Source: Haplodiscus bocki (Eukaryota). Taken from it: DNA of 64,000 nt. A program made the translations under genes and the position numbers. Of this stretch, positions 60,200 through 64,000 are shown in pieces (position 1 is the stretch's first letter; each line of letters starts with the position of its first letter). The stretch spans positions 76,260,001 to 76,324,000 of the forward strand of contig OZ296656.1 of the NCBI GenBank assembly GCA_965655095.1. The letters run 5' to 3'. The notes under the pieces are model-generated. The model did not search any database, was not told the DNA's origin, and was given only the letters and a program-made list of their open reading frames with translations.

Positions 60200-60415
60200 G
60201 CAGAGACAAGTTTTGAAATAGTCTTAGAATAATTCCGTTGAGGCGATAAGGAAATTTGGCTAAGACGAGTTTTGAAGTTGTCTTAGAATAATTTCGTTGA
60301 GGCGGTAAGGAATATTGGCTAAGACAAGTTTTGAAGTTGTCTTAGAATAATTCCGTTGAGGCGATAAGGAAATTTGGCTCAGACAAGTTTTGAAGTTGTC
60401 TTAGAATAATTTCGG
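60200..60415. repeat. ~59-bp tandem array (second variant)
   Basis: About 4 copies of ggctaagacaagttttgaagttgtcttagaataattccgttgaggcgataaggaaattt. Confidence 0.9.
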
Positions 60416-61500
60416 AGTTAAGATTTAACTCCAAAATTATGATGAGAGCGAAGAGAAAGAGAGTTTCGCCCGGGGAAATAGGCTAGAAAGCGGAATTAAT
60501 GCTATGGCTATGCGCCGGTTATTTTTACTTGAATTTTCAAGATGGCCGCCGTTTGAGCGAGAGCCAATAGTATCATTTAGCAACAAGTGGAGAGCGAGTA
60601 AGTTGGGTCTGTAAGCGGCAAAATTTGTAGGCAAGACAAGCTGGAATTGTCTTAGAATATTTTCGTCCGCGGAAAGAAAGAAGAAAATTCCGGGTAATTT
60701 TAACCAAGCAAGAAGGAAGAGGAAATAAGGAAAGGGAGTTGAATGAAGGGGAATAAGTATGGCCGCCGTCCAGTAAGCAAGTAAGTCAAAAATGGCCAAG
60801 CCGCTTTCTCGTACCAGCTATGAAACGAAGTTATGACGGCACCTTCGTGACTAGTCGTTGAGCCAATGGCGTTGAACCACATTTCCACGCTTTTAGAAAT
60901 TTTGCTTTTCCTTCTCTTTGTGCAATTCCAATCCTTCAGCTTTCGTTTATACTGCATGCCATTTATCAGCAACAGCAACTCCCAGGTTAGTCAATACCAT
61001 CCGCAGTTCTCTTAATAAACATTATTCATTCCCTGTTTAATAGCTTACTGCACGTATTTAAGAAAAATAATATATCTGTTTAAGCGTTAGCTATAACGCG
61101 ACACCATACAACCGTGGGCATTCGCAAAGAGGCCAGAAAAAGTTTAACAAAATTGCCATTAAACCCATCTCAAGAAAATTATAATACTTGCTTTGTCAGG
61201 ATGAAACCTTTTTTTTCAAATTTAGAAGCGTCAAACATCTCTTAACTTCGAAAAGAATGCCAGTGAATTGTGGTTCCTTGGAACTTCAATTTTTGACGAA
61301 CTTCCTATTCGCTCCTCTTGGCATTTTCATTAATCTACGAGTTTGGATGTGGAGACATTCCCCGAGTTGGCAAAGCATACCACGGTAACCATGGTTTCAC
61401 AACGCCAAGGTCCGTTTTTAGCGTACTATGATCATATGTCAAGCAGTGGTGCATTTGTCGAGCAATGCACTGAAATTGTCAGTTAATAGTTTAAATCATC

Positions 61501-61700
61501 NNNNNNNNNNNNNNNNNNNNNNNNNNNNNNNNNNNNNNNNNNNNNNNNNNNNNNNNNNNNNNNNNNNNNNNNNNNNNNNNNNNNNNNNNNNNNNNNNNNN
61601 NNNNNNNNNNNNNNNNNNNNNNNNNNNNNNNNNNNNNNNNNNNNNNNNNNNNNNNNNNNNNNNNNNNNNNNNNNNNNNNNNNNNNNNNNNNNNNNNNNNN
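61501..61700. other. Assembly gap (200 N)
   Basis: Run of N. Confidence 1.
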
Positions 61701-64000
61701 CCAGAAAAAAACTTGCCGATCTTATGCTGCAATGAAAAGCTATTATTGAAAGTTTTTTAAAGATTAGTTATTTGATCACAACAAATATGCACTTTTGGCC
61801 AGTTTTTGCTTCTGAGTAAAATAGAAATTTGAAGATTCTACTATTTTCTTGATCTCTTGATTTCATTCTTATAAAGTTTTTCAAGTTACTAAAAAAATGT
61901 ACACCACTGTTACGAGAACTACGGAATACCACATTCTTGTCATTTCGAAGCATGATTAGCCATCCTATTTGTTATGCTCGCCAACCCAGGTAAAAAATAC
62001 CGAACATACTTTAAAAAGATGCTAAACCTAAACATTGGTACCCTACCTGTTCTCTCATATGGATTCTTCCATTCACAAGTAGAGGAGTGGCGAAGGGAGA
62101 GGGGGTGTTGCTTGCAGATGGATGCAGTTGTCGGTTTTCCAAAGGCGGGGTCGCACAGGTGTTCTCAGGGCATGAACAACTTTCATGGTCACATGTCACG
62201 TCTTCGCAATAAATGCCTCTTCGGTTTGAAAACTTAAAAAGTGAGGAGCAAATCATATTAAAAACGAAAAAATTTTCTGAACATTTATAAATAAACTTTT
62301 TCATACACGGTGAAACCAAAAATTGTAGTGAATAATCAAGGAAAGAGTATACTACTACACAAAAATTTGAAGCTTCAAAATGATATGAAAAGTTGATTCT
62401 TGACCTTTGAAAAAAAAAGTTCACGCGAGCTTCAGCAAGTCAAGTTTTGTACAATTTTTGCAAAGCTGCAAAACAACCAGTTTAACAAGGCTATTTATTG
62501 CCTATTCTTAGCAAAAAACGAGCAAGGGAAGCTGGATCGTTGAAATGAAGTTACCCAAAAGATACCCAGCGACACTGCAATTTTTCTGTCGACAGCAGCC
62601 CACAAGGCATGGATCGAAAAAACTTCACATCTGTTTGACATAGACGCGCTGCTTCCACGAGAATGAGATTTTGGGAGTCGAAAATTATAAAGAGCGATTG
62701 CAATTTTTGGTTTTCTCGGACTATCAGGTATCCGCGGCAATTCTTGTAATGGAACCAAAAACATAACAAGAGGCGCAGCCACACTACAATGTTTTCCGAA
62801 TAAATATATATTTATATGCATTATATTACTTTTCGAGCTCACAATGACTACCTCGAGGTATATATTTTATATTAGATGCAAATCCATGTGGATATCAACT
62901 GTAAAAGATACTTGAGCGCAAAAACGGCTATAAACTAGAATGCAGTAATATAATACTAATCTGCTCAAATCTTATTGGCTGACATACTTCGACCTAGTTT
63001 TCGCCGAATAAAATTTACTCGAGTGCTTTTAATCTTGTCACGTCAAAATAAAGTAATATTGACGTGCTTTTGACGTAGCTGATGGCTACCACACTTCTAC
63101 TTCCATCACTGCGCCGTCAATCTGAAGTCATGTGAAAATCACGTCAACAGCAAAAATATTGACGTGAATAAGAATTGTTGGATACAAGACGCAAGTGTTT
63201 CGGAAACTGGCACAACTAATGATAAATGACAAATTAATTACGAAGTACATGTAAATGTGTTTTCTTGATGATTCCAACTTTATGTCATGATTGTGTATTA
63301 GTACGAAAATCTGACAACCTATGTCAAAAAATAGTCAAGTTATTTGTTTTTGACCCGATATAAATAAACATCACCATGCAGAAGCAATTTGTTGTTACGA
63401 CATTATCGAGTCATATACACTAGTTTATGACACTTTCATGAAACGTGTAACATGAAAGATTTATTTTCATAATTTGACTTACGCATCTAAAATACATGAA
63501 GTTTAACCAATATAACCAAGAAACTCTATATTTACAAGGATGAGAATGTTGACAGAAAGAAACAAAAATACGTCATGTAGGAAGCGCTGTTTTTGTTTTG
63601 ATTTGTATTTGTGTTCGAGTTATAGTTACAGTTATAGATATAAGGTCAATTCCGGAAAGATGCTGCCTGTTGGGGGGAAGACGCAGTTGCCTAAAAGAAA
63701 CCACAACCCGAAGCTGACCAAGGAAAATCACAAGACTTCAAAATATTGCTGCGAAGCAGTTGCTTGTTACAAAACTCACAAACCATCTTCAAGCGATTAT
63801 TTTAGCTTTTTTATAATTTTTTGATGAACCGTTGATTTTTTGGTTGTTGGACAATTCAGTTTTTGATACAAATATGGTTTCCACTCTCAAAAGGAAACAT
63901 CTAAACAAAAGGCTTCCTAATCAGTCGAATGATTCTTGGAACGATTTTGCTTTTGGCAATAATATCCGAGTTGATGTAGCTGAAGATGAAATAGAAAACC

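Larger units (their letters stand above)
57874..61103 (-). mobile_element. Solo LTR (~3.2 kb) related to the 44.7-52.8 kb family
   Basis: Inverted termini TGTCGC...GCGACA. Flanks ccac/ccat look like an imperfect 4-bp TSD. The end (tataacgcgaca) resembles the family LTR end (tgtaacgcgata). It contains the same ggctaagac 60-bp repeats and a ttcgcc(t/c)cggg / TATA-like / CCAAT module. Confidence 0.65.

Noticed and set aside
59620-60415. Regular 60-bp repeats as a possible CRISPR array
   Set aside because: Units are head-to-tail with no unique spacers, no cas genes are present, and the context is eukaryotic.

Overview
AT-rich, repeat-dense eukaryotic (animal) scaffold with two 200-N gaps. Most short ORFs in the track are noise or transposon debris. 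The clearest host gene is the last coding exon of a neuropeptide precursor (+, 30491-30706). It encodes SSAMHFY twice and an amidation-ready SSPWHY-G, separated by dibasic cleavage sites. A second probable host terminal exon (-, 34325-34720) encodes a Cys-containing segment and a C-terminal hydrophobic anchor. Mobile elements: a decayed BEL/Pao LTR retrotransposon (~35.1-42.9 kb, tRNA-His-type PBS); an ~8 kb non-autonomous LTR element with ~2.5 kb LTRs that carry 60-bp satellites (44720-52796) and a related ~3.2 kb solo LTR (57874-61103); a LINE relic (31.4-33.05 kb); six CCC...GGG/TA-type non-autonomous DNA elements with self-complementary internal repeats; tRNA-derived SINE-like pieces; and a cryptic ~177-bp degenerate tandem array (53.5-56.75 kb). 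Two minus-strand relics weakly resemble ionotropic glutamate receptor (iGluR/IR) channel segments. The peptide motif is reminiscent of acoel (Xenacoelomorpha) peptides, but that taxon assignment is from memory and is only inference.
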